From positions 3,840,001 through 3,904,000 of the forward strand of contig OY970296.1 in the NCBI GenBank assembly GCA_963716175.1: a stretch of 64,000 nucleotides of DNA, given 5' to 3'. Shown here piece by piece: positions 17,911 to 27,450 of the stretch. Made by a program: the position numbers and the translations under genes. The notes below the pieces were generated by a model. The model ran no database searches. It worked only from the letters and a program-made list of their open reading frames with translations, and had not been told where the DNA came from. Each line of letters starts with the position of its first letter. The stretch's first letter is position 1. Origin of the DNA: an uncultured Armatimonadetes bacterium (GTDB lineage Bacteria > Armatimonadota > Hebobacteria > Hebobacterales > Hebobacteraceae).

Positions 17911-18695
17911 GGTTCAGCCTTCCTGCCCTTCTCGCGAGCCTCCTCCGCCATCTTCTGCTCCGGAGAGGCCCGCAGAGAGTAGATCTGGAACATGCCCAGG
18001 ATGTCCTCCAGCCTCAGCCCATGCTCCTGGAGCACATCGTGCGCCGCCCGCAGGTTCACCTGGTCCATCAGCCCCCGACAGCCGAAGCAGCGGTGCCCCT
18101 TGCTGACGCAGATCGCGTTGCAGCCACCCCGGGTCACCGGCCCCAGACACATCTGCCCGCGATCGTAGACGCACTCGTACTGATTCAGCTTGCACTCGTA
18201 GCAGACGGCTTCACTCGGCTGGCGATAGGGGCGGCCCAGCAGCACGTGCTCCATCACCGCCACGAACTCGCTGGCATTGATCGGGCAGCCGTGGATGCTG
18301 AGGTCCACCGGCACTTCCGCGCTCAGCGGCCTCACCTCCCCGGCCTCGAACTGCGACCCGGCCTGGCCGTAGACCAGGTTGAGCAGCTCCCCGCGGTCGA
18401 AGGTGTTGCCGAGCCCTTGCACTCCACCCAACGTGGCGCAGGCACCCAGCGCCACCAGCACTTTGGCCTTCTCCCGAATACTCTTCAGCCGCGCCACGTC
18501 CGAGTCGCGGGTGATGCTGCCCTCCACCACCGCAATGTCGAACTGGTCGCTCTTCTCCGAGATCGCCTCCCGCCAGGTCACCACCTCCACGTGTTCCAGG
18601 AGCTGCAGCAGGGGCTCGCCGATGCTGAGCACCGTGAGCTGGCAGCCCTCGCAGCACGCGAAGTCGAAGAACGCTACTCGCGGTTTGTCACTCAC
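17877..18695 (-). CDS. hydD: Group 3b hydrogenase small subunit delta
   Basis: FDFACCEGC, VEGSI, LGACA, IHGCP, VCYECK, CLGPVTRGGCNAIC, CFGCRG; GTG start inferred. Confidence 0.9.
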   Translation of the reverse strand: MSDKPRVAFFDFACCEGCQLTVLSIGEPLLQLLEHVEVVTWREAISEKSDQFDIAVVEGSITRDSDVARLKSIREKAKVLVALGACATLGGVQGLGNTFDRGELLNLVYGQAGSQFEAGEVRPLSAEVPVDLSIHGCPINASEFVAVMEHVLLGRPYRQPSEAVCYECKLNQYECVYDRGQMCLGPVTRGGCNAICVSKGHRCFGCRGLMDQVNLRAAHDVLQEHGLRLEDILGMFQIYSLRASPEQKMAEEAREKGRKAEPWRFGSTTLPV

Positions 18696-18765
18696 GCCTA
18701 TCCCTCTCCGTACCCGTTGGGCAGGGGCTCGCCCCTGCCAATGCGCGATCTGCGGATCACGCGGT

Positions 18766-19611
18766 CTATATGCTCTCGTGCATCTGCCTGGCTTCTTCTG
18801 CGGTGAAGACCGGCCCATCAATGCAGACGCAGCGGTTGTCTATCTGGCAGTGCCCGCACTTGCCCATCCCGCACTTCATTCGCCGCTCCAGGGACAAGAA
18901 GATCTGGCTCGCGGGGACGCGCAGCGCGTTCAGCTCGGCCAGCACGAACCGGTACATCACCGGGGGGCCGCACAGCGAGGCGGCCACCGACTTCGGGTTC
19001 ACTTTGATCTTCGGGAAAAGCGTGGTCACCACTCCCACGTGACCGGTCCAGCCAGGGGCCTCCCGGTCCACGGCGAGCAGGATCTCGTTCCTCTCCCCTG
19101 CCTTCCAGCTCTCGATCTCGTCGGTGAACAGGATCTCGCCCGGCGTCTTCGACCCATAGAGCAAGATCAACCGCCCGTACCGCTGCCGATCGGCCAGGAT
19201 GCTCTGGATCACCGACCGCACCGGGGCCATGCCGATGCCGCCGGCCACGATCAGGCAATCCATCTTCTCCATGCAAGACATGGGGAAGCCGTTCCCGAAG
19301 GGACCTCGGATGCCGATGCTATCCCCCTCCTTCATCCGGTGCAAGGCGCTGGTGAGCCCACCCATGCTCCGCACGCACAGCTCGAACCGGCCTCGCTTGC
19401 TGGGAGCGGAGGAAACCGAGATCGGCGCTTCCCCGAAGCCGAAGACGCTCACCTGTACGAACTGTCCTGGCTGGTGGCCCAGCTCTCGCCGGCCAGCAAG
19501 CTCCACCTCGAACAACTTCTCCAGCTCGGTGAGCTGCTGCACCCGCCTGATCTTGGCCGGCTGGGGAGCGTAGAGCTGCTCGCCGCCGCGCTCCGGTGAA
19601 GATCGCACCAT
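18766..19611 (-). CDS. hydG: Group 3b hydrogenase subunit gamma (FAD/NAD(P)-binding, 2Fe-2S)
   Basis: PGQFVQ, GEAPIS, RGPFGNGF, AGGIGMAP, CGPPVM, LERRMKCGMGKCGHC, C.DGPVF. Confidence 0.9.
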   Translation of the reverse strand: MVRSSPERGGEQLYAPQPAKIRRVQQLTELEKLFEVELAGRRELGHQPGQFVQVSVFGFGEAPISVSSAPSKRGRFELCVRSMGGLTSALHRMKEGDSIGIRGPFGNGFPMSCMEKMDCLIVAGGIGMAPVRSVIQSILADRQRYGRLILLYGSKTPGEILFTDEIESWKAGERNEILLAVDREAPGWTGHVGVVTTLFPKIKVNPKSVAASLCGPPVMYRFVLAELNALRVPASQIFLSLERRMKCGMGKCGHCQIDNRCVCIDGPVFTAEEARQMHESI

Positions 19612-19619
19612 CGATGCGG

Positions 19620-20663
19620 TCAAGCTACCCTCTCCTTTGCTTCCGCGATGATCGAGTTGATCACATCCACCAGGCTGATGCCGGCGGTGCACTGCTGCGA
19701 GCACCGCCCGCATCCCACGCAAAACGCCTGCCCGTGCTCCCGGTTGAGGTAGACGAACTTGCGGAACCAGCGATGGCGCGCCCGGTCCGGCCGCTCCCCG
19801 CGGAAGTTGTGGCCGCCGGCCACGATCGCGAAGTCCGCAAACTGGCAGGAGTCATACTGCCGCCAGCGCGAGGCGGATTGCAGCGAGAGATCGGCGATCT
19901 CCCTCACGTCGAAGCAGAAGCAGGTGGGGCAGACATTGGTGCAGGTGCCGCAGCCATAGCAGCGGTCCGCCGTCTTCTCCCACACCTCGCTGTCATACCG
20001 CCGCTCCAGCAGGTCGGGAAGCTCCGGCACCTCGGCCTGCAGGCGCAGGGTGGTGCGGCGCACCTTCTTCTGCCCGAAGCCCTCCGCCTCATCCACCTCC
20101 TCCGCGGTGGGCGCTCGCACCTTCGCCTTCGCCGCCAGCGCCGCGCCCTTGTCGGTCAGCGTCTCCACCACATACCCGCCCTTGACCGGGGTCAGGAAGA
20201 GATCGGCCCCTTCCCGCGTGGAGCAACTCCCCACCGAGGAGCAGAAGCAGTACTTGTCTGGCATGCAGTCCACCACCACCAGGGTGGCCGCCCCGCGCCG
20301 CGCCCGGTAGTAGGGGTCCTCCACGTTGTGCCTCTGCAGCATCGCCCAGTCGAGTTGGTTGATCGCCATCAGGTCACAGGGATGGACTCCGAACAGCGCG
20401 AAGGGCTGGTCAGCGACCGTCGGAGAGGCCGCGAGAGGAGATCGCGAGACCGTGAGCAGAGGCTCCTGGGAGGGCAGAAACGCCTGCTTCGGGGACAGCA
20501 CGGTGCGCACGTAGTCCAGGCGCACATCCGCCGCCTGCTCGATCCAATCGAAGGCGAAAGAGACCCGGCCGCGCTTGACCGGCGCCATCAGGGGCCCTGT
20601 GGCGCGCATGCCCTCCAGCCACGGCAACAGGTTTCCGGCGTCTAGAACCGCTTTCTCACTCAT
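19620..20663 (-). CDS. hydB: Group 3b hydrogenase subunit beta (AsrA-like 4Fe-4S protein)
   Basis: GVHPCD, CFC, CYGCGTCTNVCPTCFCF, CVGCGRCSQQC. Confidence 0.9.
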   Translation of the reverse strand: MSEKAVLDAGNLLPWLEGMRATGPLMAPVKRGRVSFAFDWIEQAADVRLDYVRTVLSPKQAFLPSQEPLLTVSRSPLAASPTVADQPFALFGVHPCDLMAINQLDWAMLQRHNVEDPYYRARRGAATLVVVDCMPDKYCFCSSVGSCSTREGADLFLTPVKGGYVVETLTDKGAALAAKAKVRAPTAEEVDEAEGFGQKKVRRTTLRLQAEVPELPDLLERRYDSEVWEKTADRCYGCGTCTNVCPTCFCFDVREIADLSLQSASRWRQYDSCQFADFAIVAGGHNFRGERPDRARHRWFRKFVYLNREHGQAFCVGCGRCSQQCTAGISLVDVINSIIAEAKERVA

Positions 20664-20912
20664 CTATCCCGCTTCCTCGCACAGGTCATCTTGCCCCGGC
20701 TGGGCGTGCTGCACCTTCATTCGCCGACCACCGCGGGGCGCACCAACCGCCAGCACTCTCGCCCGATGCAGCCGGCGCGAGACGGGCAGGAGGCTTGCCC
20801 GCCTCTGGCGGGTCCGCTCCTGCCCCTTCCCGACCGCCCACCGAGCGGCGCCCACGGCGCCGCTTGCACCCGGTGCCGCGGCAGCCAACTGAGGCTGATG
20901 CCCCAGCGCCGA

Positions 20913-20930
20913 TTGTGCATTTCTTCACAA
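20913..20930. promoter_or_regulatory. Rex-like operator upstream of the hydrogenase operon
   Basis: Minus strand TTGTGAA-GAAA-TGCACAA, one mismatch from the Rex consensus TTGTGAA-N4-TTCACAA; AT-rich in a GC-rich background. Confidence 0.65.
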
Positions 20931-20957
20931 CCGCCCGAACGCCTTCTTCTCCTCTTG

Positions 20958-22163
20958 CTAGTCCTGATTTTTCTCCAGCAGTTTCTCCGCCACCAGCTTG
21001 CCCAGCGCGAAGCAGCGTGCCAGCGCCTCGCCATCCGGCACGTACACCACCTTCACCCCCTCCGCCACCACCTCCACCTTCATCTCACGCAGCGCCGCCT
21101 CGAGCTGCCCCACCGCCTCTCCGCTCCAGCCATGAGAGCCGAAGGCGGCGCCGACCAGATTCCTCGGTTTCAGCCCCTTGAGGTAGGTAAGGACATCGGC
21201 GACCGTGGGGAAGATGGTGTTGTTCAGGGTGGGCGAACCCACCACCAGCGCGCCCGCCTCCAGCAGCTCGGCCGCCGCGTCGCTGCGGTGACAGGCGCGC
21301 AAGGGCATCAGCCTCGGGATTGCCCCTCCCGCGGCCAGCCCTTCTCCCACCGCCCGCGCCATCATCGCCGTGCTCTGCCACATGGTGTCGTACAGCACCA
21401 CGGCCTTGCGCGTCTTCCTGCCTGTCGCCCAGGCCGAATATAGCTCCACGATCCGGGGCCAATGCGCTCGCCAGATGGGCCCATGGCTGGGCGCGATCAG
21501 CTTGATCTCGCCCAGTTTCCCGGCCTTCTCGATCGCCTTCGGCACCAGCGCCGAGAGCGGCAGCAGGATGTTGGCGTAGTACCTGGCGGCCTCGTATTCC
21601 AGCAGCGGCTGCTCCAGCTCATCGTCGAAGCGCTGGCTGGTGGCGAGGTGCATCCCGAAGGCATCGTTGGAAAGCAGCACCCCCTCCTCCGCCAGATAGG
21701 TGGCCATGCTGTCGGGCCAGTGGAGCATCCGCATCTCGGCGAAGCTCAGCGTCAGGTTGCCCAGGCTGAGGCTCTCCCCATCTTTGACCGCAGTGATCTC
21801 CCGGTCCAGGTGGAGGTGGTCGTGGAGAGCCTTCACTCCAAGCGCCGACGCCAATACCCGCTCAGGCCCAAGCGCCGCGATCGCCTCTGGCAGCGCGCCT
21901 GAATGATCCATCTCGGCGTGGTTGGAGATGATGTACGCGACCTTCGCCGGGTCCACCACCGAGGCGATGCGGGCCAGCATCTCGCCGCAGAAACCGGCCT
22001 TGACCGTGTCCACCAGCGCGATCTTATCGCCCACGACCAGGTAGGCATTATAGGTGGTGCCGCGGGGGGTGGCGTAGCCGTGGAAATCGCGCATTCCCCA
22101 GTCCAGAGCGCCGACCCACCAGACGTGGTCTGTGATCTTCACCGCCCGGAAGGAATCAGCCAT
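20958..22163 (-). CDS. fprA: FprA-type flavodiiron protein (O2/NO reductase)
   Basis: GTTYNAYL, NHAEMDHSG, LHWPDS, SNDAFG, PSHG, and a flavodoxin domain YDTMWQST...GSPT...FGSHGWSGE. Confidence 0.92.
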   Translation of the reverse strand: MADSFRAVKITDHVWWVGALDWGMRDFHGYATPRGTTYNAYLVVGDKIALVDTVKAGFCGEMLARIASVVDPAKVAYIISNHAEMDHSGALPEAIAALGPERVLASALGVKALHDHLHLDREITAVKDGESLSLGNLTLSFAEMRMLHWPDSMATYLAEEGVLLSNDAFGMHLATSQRFDDELEQPLLEYEAARYYANILLPLSALVPKAIEKAGKLGEIKLIAPSHGPIWRAHWPRIVELYSAWATGRKTRKAVVLYDTMWQSTAMMARAVGEGLAAGGAIPRLMPLRACHRSDAAAELLEAGALVVGSPTLNNTIFPTVADVLTYLKGLKPRNLVGAAFGSHGWSGEAVGQLEAALREMKVEVVAEGVKVVYVPDGEALARCFALGKLVAEKLLEKNQD

Positions 22164-22175
22164 TCCGGCCCCTCC

Positions 22176-22670
22176 TCAGCCCTCCAGCTCGGCCAGCATC
22201 TCGCCCAGGGTGCCGAGATGGCCCATCTCCTCCGTGATGATCTGGTCAAGGCGGCCTTTGCCAAGCCGCGCGGGCACCAGCTCCTTGAGCCCGAGGTAGA
22301 AGACGATGGAATCCTTCTCCGCCTGCACCCCGATCTCGAATACCTCCTCCATGCTCTCGTGCCCGGTCAGGTTCCTCATCGGGTCCGAGCCCATATCGAA
22401 GACATGGCGACTGGCCATCGCCTTCAGGTAGAGCGCGGACTCGCTGTCCGGGTCGAAGGTCACCGGTTTCCGTTCCGCCTCGGACAGCCCGGCCCGCATC
22501 CCCATGAACACCTGCTCGTGCTCCTCCTCCATCGCCGCCAGCCTCATCAGCAGCTCGCGGCCTTCCCCGGCCGGGGCCTTCTTGGCCGCCCGCCGGTAGA
22601 AGGTGGCCCCGTTGCGTTCGATCTCCTCCGCCACCTGGAGGACTTCGTCGGCGTTGAACTGGATACTCAT
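22176..22670 (-). CDS. Rubrerythrin-type ferritin-like diiron protein
   Basis: A..IE..G..FY, EEEH, AEKDSIVFY, EEMGH. Confidence 0.85.
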   Translation of the reverse strand: MSIQFNADEVLQVAEEIERNGATFYRRAAKKAPAGEGRELLMRLAAMEEEHEQVFMGMRAGLSEAERKPVTFDPDSESALYLKAMASRHVFDMGSDPMRNLTGHESMEEVFEIGVQAEKDSIVFYLGLKELVPARLGKGRLDQIITEEMGHLGTLGEMLAELEG

Positions 22671-22706
22671 ATCGGCCTCCGATGCGACAGGTGCCAGCCG
22701 GCCGCG

Positions 22707-23195
22707 CTACTGCCGCTGCCCCAGCTCGCGGTCCAGCAGGAGCAGGCCCTGCGGCGAGTCGCCGATCCGCTTCAGCTTCTGCACCACCTCATCGGCGCTC
22801 TTCTCCTCCTCCACCTGCTCGGTCACGAACCACTGCAGGAAGATGCCCGCGGCGACGTCGTTCTCGCTCGCCGCGACCTTCACCAGATTCGCGATCAGAC
22901 CGGTGACCTTCTGCTCGTGCTTGTAGGCGTCCTCGAAAGCCGCCAGGGGCGACTTCCACTCCAGGGGCGGAGCTTCCAATGCCCGCAGCGCCACTCGCCC
23001 CCGCCGGTCGTTGATGTGCTCGTAGAACTTCATGCCATGGGCCATCTCCTCCCGTCCCTGCACCTTCATCCAGTGGCCGAAGCCCGGCAGGTTGGAGGCC
23101 TCGAAGTAGGCCGCCATCGCCAGATAGAGATAGGAGGAATACAGCTCCGCGTTCAACTGCGCGTTCAGCGCCTCTTGCATCTTCTCGCTCAGCAT
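22707..23195 (-). CDS. ftnA: Non-heme ferritin
   Basis: [42 protein letters not shown]. Confidence 0.93.
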   Translation of the reverse strand: MLSEKMQEALNAQLNAELYSSYLYLAMAAYFEASNLPGFGHWMKVQGREEMAHGMKFYEHINDRRGRVALRALEAPPLEWKSPLAAFEDAYKHEQKVTGLIANLVKVAASENDVAAGIFLQWFVTEQVEEEKSADEVVQKLKRIGDSPQGLLLLDRELGQRQ

Positions 23196-23465
23196 CGCCG
23201 ATAGTCTCCTTGCGCTTCCTTGATGGCGCGGGCTGGCACAGCTTCACCCCCCTCTGGCGGGTATGCCAACCCCACAGCCCGATTGTTCGGGACTGTTTCC
23301 CCGCCGCCTCCCTGCGCCAACCCTCCAGGGGCGGGGCTCTGTTCATCTCTCCGCACACACACTTCAGGCAAGAGCTAGTAGTATCTGCTCGGTCTGGCCA
23401 TTCGGTCGGCCGCCGGATGGCCGGGCTCTTGCTGGCATCTCACACCATCGCACCGGGAGGCGCAT

Positions 23466-23861
23466 ATGGCGAAGACCACCGTGGTCTGGCGCAGTGGCAT
23501 GCACTTCTGCACATCCACCCCCTCGGGGCAGCTGATGTGCGACGAGTCCTCTGAGATCGGAGCCGCCTACCCTTCCGCCCCGGAGCTGCTGATGGCGTCC
23601 CTGGGCTCCTGCATCGGTTCGGTCCTGGTCTACTTCTCGGAGCGGCATGGCATCTCGCTGGAGGGAATGAGCATTGACCTGGACTGGCGCATCTTGGAAC
23701 ACCCGCATCGCATCGGCAACATCGAGATCTCGGTCTCGATCCCGCGGGCGCTCTCCGGAGACGAGAAGCGAGTGCTGGCGCGGGTGGCGGAGGAATGCTT
23801 GATCCACAACACTCTCACGCATCCGCCCGCGATCCGCCTCAGCCTCTCTGGCAAGAAGTAG
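23466..23861 (+). CDS. OsmC family protein
   Basis: APELLMASLGSC and C.IHNTL conserved cysteines. Confidence 0.85.
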   Translation: MAKTTVVWRSGMHFCTSTPSGQLMCDESSEIGAAYPSAPELLMASLGSCIGSVLVYFSERHGISLEGMSIDLDWRILEHPHRIGNIEISVSIPRALSGDEKRVLARVAEECLIHNTLTHPPAIRLSLSGKK

Positions 23862-24002
23862 CCCTTCTCCGTCGGCCCACCTCCGGCCCTGGCAGGACGC
23901 CTTGCCGCATCCCCCGAATCCTGCCACCCGGCCGGCAGGCTGGCCTGCCGCCGACTCGTGCTACCTAGCGATGCTACTTCGCAGAGTAGGAGAGGAGCGA
24001 CC

Positions 24003-24929
24003 ATGGCCAATGAGACGGTCTTCACCCGTTACCCCGGCAACCCCATTATCACTCCGGGCCAGGTGCCCGGGGCCAACACTATCTTCAACAGCGCGGTGAT
24101 CGAGTTCGGCGGCGCCTACATCGGTGTGTTCCGCATTGACGGCACCGACGTCGTCTCCCGCCTCCACCTGGGCCGCAGCCAGGATGGGCTCAAATGGGAC
24201 ATTGACCCCACGCCCCTCCAGATCCCCTGGGATGACCCCGACGGGGAGCCCCAGGGCGCGGGTTACGATCCCCGCATCACCCGGGTAGAAGATACCTATT
24301 ACGTCACCTGGTGCAACGACAACTACGGACCGACCATCGGTATCGCCGAGACCAGGGATTTCAAGTCCTTCCGCTTCATCGAGAACGCCTTCCCCCCGTA
24401 CAATCGCAACGGCGTCCTGTTCCCGCGCAAGATCGGCGGTCATTACGCCATGCTCCATCGCCCCAGCGATCGCGGCCACACCCCCTTCGGTGATATCTTC
24501 TACTGCACCAGCCCGGATCTGGTCTACTGGGGGAAGCACCGCTTTGTCTTCGGCCCCCGCGGCGGTTGGCAGTCCCTGAAGGTGGGCGCTGGCCCGGTCC
24601 CCATCGAGACCAGGGAAGGCTGGCTCATGATCTACCACGGCACGCGGCTGACCTGCAGCGGTTACGTCTACAGCGCCGGCGCCGCCCTCTTGGACCTGGA
24701 GAAGCCCTGGAAAGTCCGCTACCGCACTCGCCGCTACCTGCTGGCGCCCACCGAACTCTACGAGCGCGTCGGCGATGTGCCCAATGTCACCTTCCCCGTG
24801 GCCACCATCCTCGATCGCCAGACCGGCCGGCTCACCATGTACTATGGCTGTGCCGACACCTGCGTGGGCGTCGCCTACGCCCAGCTCAGCGACGTGATCG
24901 AGTTCACCAAGCAGCACAGCTTCCAGTAG
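24003..24929 (+). CDS. GH130 beta-mannoside phosphorylase/glycosidase
   Basis: RYPGNPII, IFNSAV, YDPRIT, NRNGVLFPRKI, KVGAGP.PI, YE.VGDVPNVTFP, YYGCADT. Confidence 0.9.
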   Translation: MANETVFTRYPGNPIITPGQVPGANTIFNSAVIEFGGAYIGVFRIDGTDVVSRLHLGRSQDGLKWDIDPTPLQIPWDDPDGEPQGAGYDPRITRVEDTYYVTWCNDNYGPTIGIAETRDFKSFRFIENAFPPYNRNGVLFPRKIGGHYAMLHRPSDRGHTPFGDIFYCTSPDLVYWGKHRFVFGPRGGWQSLKVGAGPVPIETREGWLMIYHGTRLTCSGYVYSAGAALLDLEKPWKVRYRTRRYLLAPTELYERVGDVPNVTFPVATILDRQTGRLTMYYGCADTCVGVAYAQLSDVIEFTKQHSFQ

Positions 24930-25007
24930 CACGGGCCTGCCCGCCGCGAGGGGAAAGCCTTCCGGTGACCTACTGCTCTTCCCCATCCCCCGACAGGAGA
25001 ACCGGCG

Positions 25008-25427
25008 ATGGCTGATGGCGTGGATGTCATGACAGTGGATGACTACCCGCAGGTGGCGGCCCTGTGGGAGGAAGTCGAGATGTGGCCCCATGTGGGAGAG
25101 GATCGCGCCTGGTTCGAGCGGGCCTTGGCGCGGAACCCGCAATGCTGCCTGGTCTGGCGAGAAGGCGGCCGGGTGGTTGGCACTGTCATCGGCGCCTGGG
25201 ATGGCTTGCGGGGCTGGATCTATCACCTCGCGGTGACCGAGGCCTGCCGCGGTCGGGGCCTCGGCAGCGCCCTGCTGGCTGCCGCCGAGGCGCGCCTGAA
25301 AGAGGCGGGCGTGAAGCAGATAAACCTCATGGTATACGAGGACAACAGGCAGGGCGAGGCCTTCTACCTGCGCCGCGGCTACGAGCACTCCCCGGTGAAG
25401 GTGGTGAGAAAGCGGTTCGGCTCCTGA
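25008..25427 (+). CDS. GNAT acetyltransferase (YpeA-like)
   Basis: VGTVIGAWDG.RGWIYHLAV...RGRGLG, N...AFY...GY. Confidence 0.85.
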   Translation: MADGVDVMTVDDYPQVAALWEEVEMWPHVGEDRAWFERALARNPQCCLVWREGGRVVGTVIGAWDGLRGWIYHLAVTEACRGRGLGSALLAAAEARLKEAGVKQINLMVYEDNRQGEAFYLRRGYEHSPVKVVRKRFGS

Positions 25428-25511
25428 CCGCGCGCCACAGCGACGGGAGCAGGGACAGGGCTCCGAGCTCAGGAATGTGAGATCTGAGATTCGGGATCGC
25501 AGGTTCGAGAC

Positions 25512-26261
25512 ATGAGGTTCGCCGCTGTTCTCTTCGATCTGGGATACACCTTGCTCGACTACGGCCCGCCGGGGCGATGGTCGGAGTTCCGCACTCAGCG
25601 GATGGAGCAGCTCCACCCGCTGGCGGTGGAGCTATGGGGGGAGATCGAGCTCTCGGCCCAGGAGTTCGGGCAAAGGGTGGGATCAGCGCTCCAGACCGAT
25701 GAGATGCGGGCGCTGGAGCACGGCGGCCTATCACTGCCTTTCGCGGAGAGAATGCGAGCCGCGCTGGCCGGCATCGGCCTTGCCCCCGGCCAAGAGCAAC
25801 TCGGGCGCTTCCTGGAGGCCTTCCATCAGCCCATACGTGATTGGCCCCGGCCCTACCCCGACACAGAGCAGTCCCTGGCTGAGCTGCACTCCCTCGGCCT
25901 CAGCCTGGCCATCATCACCAATGCCCCCTGGGACGCGCCGGGGCCTATGCTCTCCGCCGACCTGGAACGCTGGGGCCTCCGCGGCTTCTTCGCGGCCTTC
26001 ATTGGGTCGGGCGAGGTGCCCTGGCGAAAGCCCAACCCCGAGTTCATGTGGGCCGCGGCGAAGGCGCTTGCTGTCCCTCCGCCGCGGTGCCTGGTGGTGG
26101 GAGACAACCCGAGCGCGGACATTGCGGGAGCCCGCGCCGCCGGCATGTGCTGCATCTGGATGAACCGCGATGGCCAGGTCTTCCCGCCGGAGGCACCGCG
26201 GCCAGACTGGGTGGCGCAGTCCTTGCGCCAGGTGGTCGAGGTGGTGAGGTCCGCAGGTTGA
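25512..26261 (+). CDS. HAD-superfamily hydrolase
   Basis: FDLGYTL, ITN, RKPNP, VGDNPSADIAGA. Confidence 0.88.
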   Translation: MRFAAVLFDLGYTLLDYGPPGRWSEFRTQRMEQLHPLAVELWGEIELSAQEFGQRVGSALQTDEMRALEHGGLSLPFAERMRAALAGIGLAPGQEQLGRFLEAFHQPIRDWPRPYPDTEQSLAELHSLGLSLAIITNAPWDAPGPMLSADLERWGLRGFFAAFIGSGEVPWRKPNPEFMWAAAKALAVPPPRCLVVGDNPSADIAGARAAGMCCIWMNRDGQVFPPEAPRPDWVAQSLRQVVEVVRSAG

Positions 26262-26277
26262 CCGGCCGGGTGGCCTC

Positions 26278-26306
26278 TTGCGTCCCGCGAGTGGGTTCGC
26301 TATCAT
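26278..26306 (+). promoter_or_regulatory. Sigma70-type promoter for nrpR
   Basis: TTGCGT-17 nt-TATCAT. Confidence 0.45.
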
Positions 26307-26333
26307 GGGGTTGAGGGGAGAACGCGAGCAGAG

Positions 26334-27332
26334 ATGAGAGGGAGCAGCACTTCCGCGGAAGTAGAGCGCAAGCTGCTGGCGATTTTGCGCACCCTCGCCG
26401 CCTCCGAGGAGCCGATGGGGGCGCGGGCCATCGCCGGGCGGCTACACGCGGAGGGCATCGAGCTGAGCGAGCGGACCGTGCGCTACCATCTCCGGTTGAT
26501 GGATGAGCGGGGGCTGACCAAGAACCTGGGAGAGCCCGGCCGCCTCATCACTGACCGCGGCCGGGAGGAGATCGAGCACGCCGGCGTGCACGAGAAGCTG
26601 GGCTTCGTCATCTCCAAGATAGACTCCCTCGCCTACCGCGCCAGCTTCGACATGGACACCAAGCAGGGCACCATCATCCTCAACCTGTCCTTCATCCCGG
26701 AAGAACGATTCGATGAAGCTCTGGAGATAATGCGAGACGTCTTCCGCGCCGGCTACTGCATGTCCGAGCTGGTGGTGGTGAGGAAGGCGGGGGAGCGGGC
26801 GGGAGAGGTGGCCGTCCCGGCCGGGATGGTGGGGTTTGGCACCGTCTGCACTGTCACTCTCAACGGCGTGCTGCTCAAGCATGGTATCCCGGTGGAGTCC
26901 AAGTATGCCGGCCTGCTGGAGATCTACCGCGACAAGCCGCTCCGGTTCACCCACTTGATGGCCTATGCCGGCACCACTGTGGACCCCACCGAGATGTTCA
27001 CGGTCGGGCGCATGACCCGGGTGCGCGACGCCAGCCTCCTGGGCCAGGGTCAGATTCTCGCCAGCTTCCGGGAGGTGCCGGCGGTGGCCGAGGCCGATCT
27101 GGGGCGAGTGCTGACCCAGTACCGAAGCAACGGACTGAGCGGAGTGCTGGCCACCGGGAAGCCCAGCCAGCCCCTGCTGGAGGTTCCGGTGGGGACCGAC
27201 CGCATCGGCCTGGCGGTGGTGGCCGGCCTCACCCCGGTGGCCGCGCTCACGGAAAGCGGCATCCCGGTGGTCAACAGGGCCATGAGCACCCTCATCGAGT
27301 TCTCCGAGATGCGCCCGGTATCGGAGTTGTAG
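26334..27332 (+). CDS. nrpR: NrpR-family nitrogen regulator (winged HTH + DUF128/NRD)
   Basis: ILR.L...PMGA..IA..L...G..LSERTVRYHL..MDE.GLT, TVCTVTLNGVLL, Y.GTTVDP, ASFREVP, GLTP.AA..E.GI. Confidence 0.82.
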   Translation: MRGSSTSAEVERKLLAILRTLAASEEPMGARAIAGRLHAEGIELSERTVRYHLRLMDERGLTKNLGEPGRLITDRGREEIEHAGVHEKLGFVISKIDSLAYRASFDMDTKQGTIILNLSFIPEERFDEALEIMRDVFRAGYCMSELVVVRKAGERAGEVAVPAGMVGFGTVCTVTLNGVLLKHGIPVESKYAGLLEIYRDKPLRFTHLMAYAGTTVDPTEMFTVGRMTRVRDASLLGQGQILASFREVPAVAEADLGRVLTQYRSNGLSGVLATGKPSQPLLEVPVGTDRIGLAVVAGLTPVAALTESGIPVVNRAMSTLIEFSEMRPVSEL

Positions 27333-27372
27333 CGCCACAGAGGCCCTGAGGCGCAGAGCAGAGCTCGAAGAA

Positions 27373-27399
27373 AAGACGGCCCCGCACCGGGGCCGTCTT
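27373..27399 (-). terminator. Intrinsic terminator between convergent nrpR and glutamate synthase genes
   Basis: aagacggcccc-gcacc-ggggccgtctt with a T-rich tail on the minus strand. Confidence 0.65.
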
Positions 27400-27450
27400 C
27401 GTTATTCTGAAATCTCAGATCTGAGATTCTATGTCGGACGGCGAAGGATC

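Noticed and set aside
16654-20663. Selenocysteine recoding in the hydrogenase or other redox proteins
   Set aside because: All expected ligand positions are ordinary Cys codons, with no in-frame TGA at catalytic sites.
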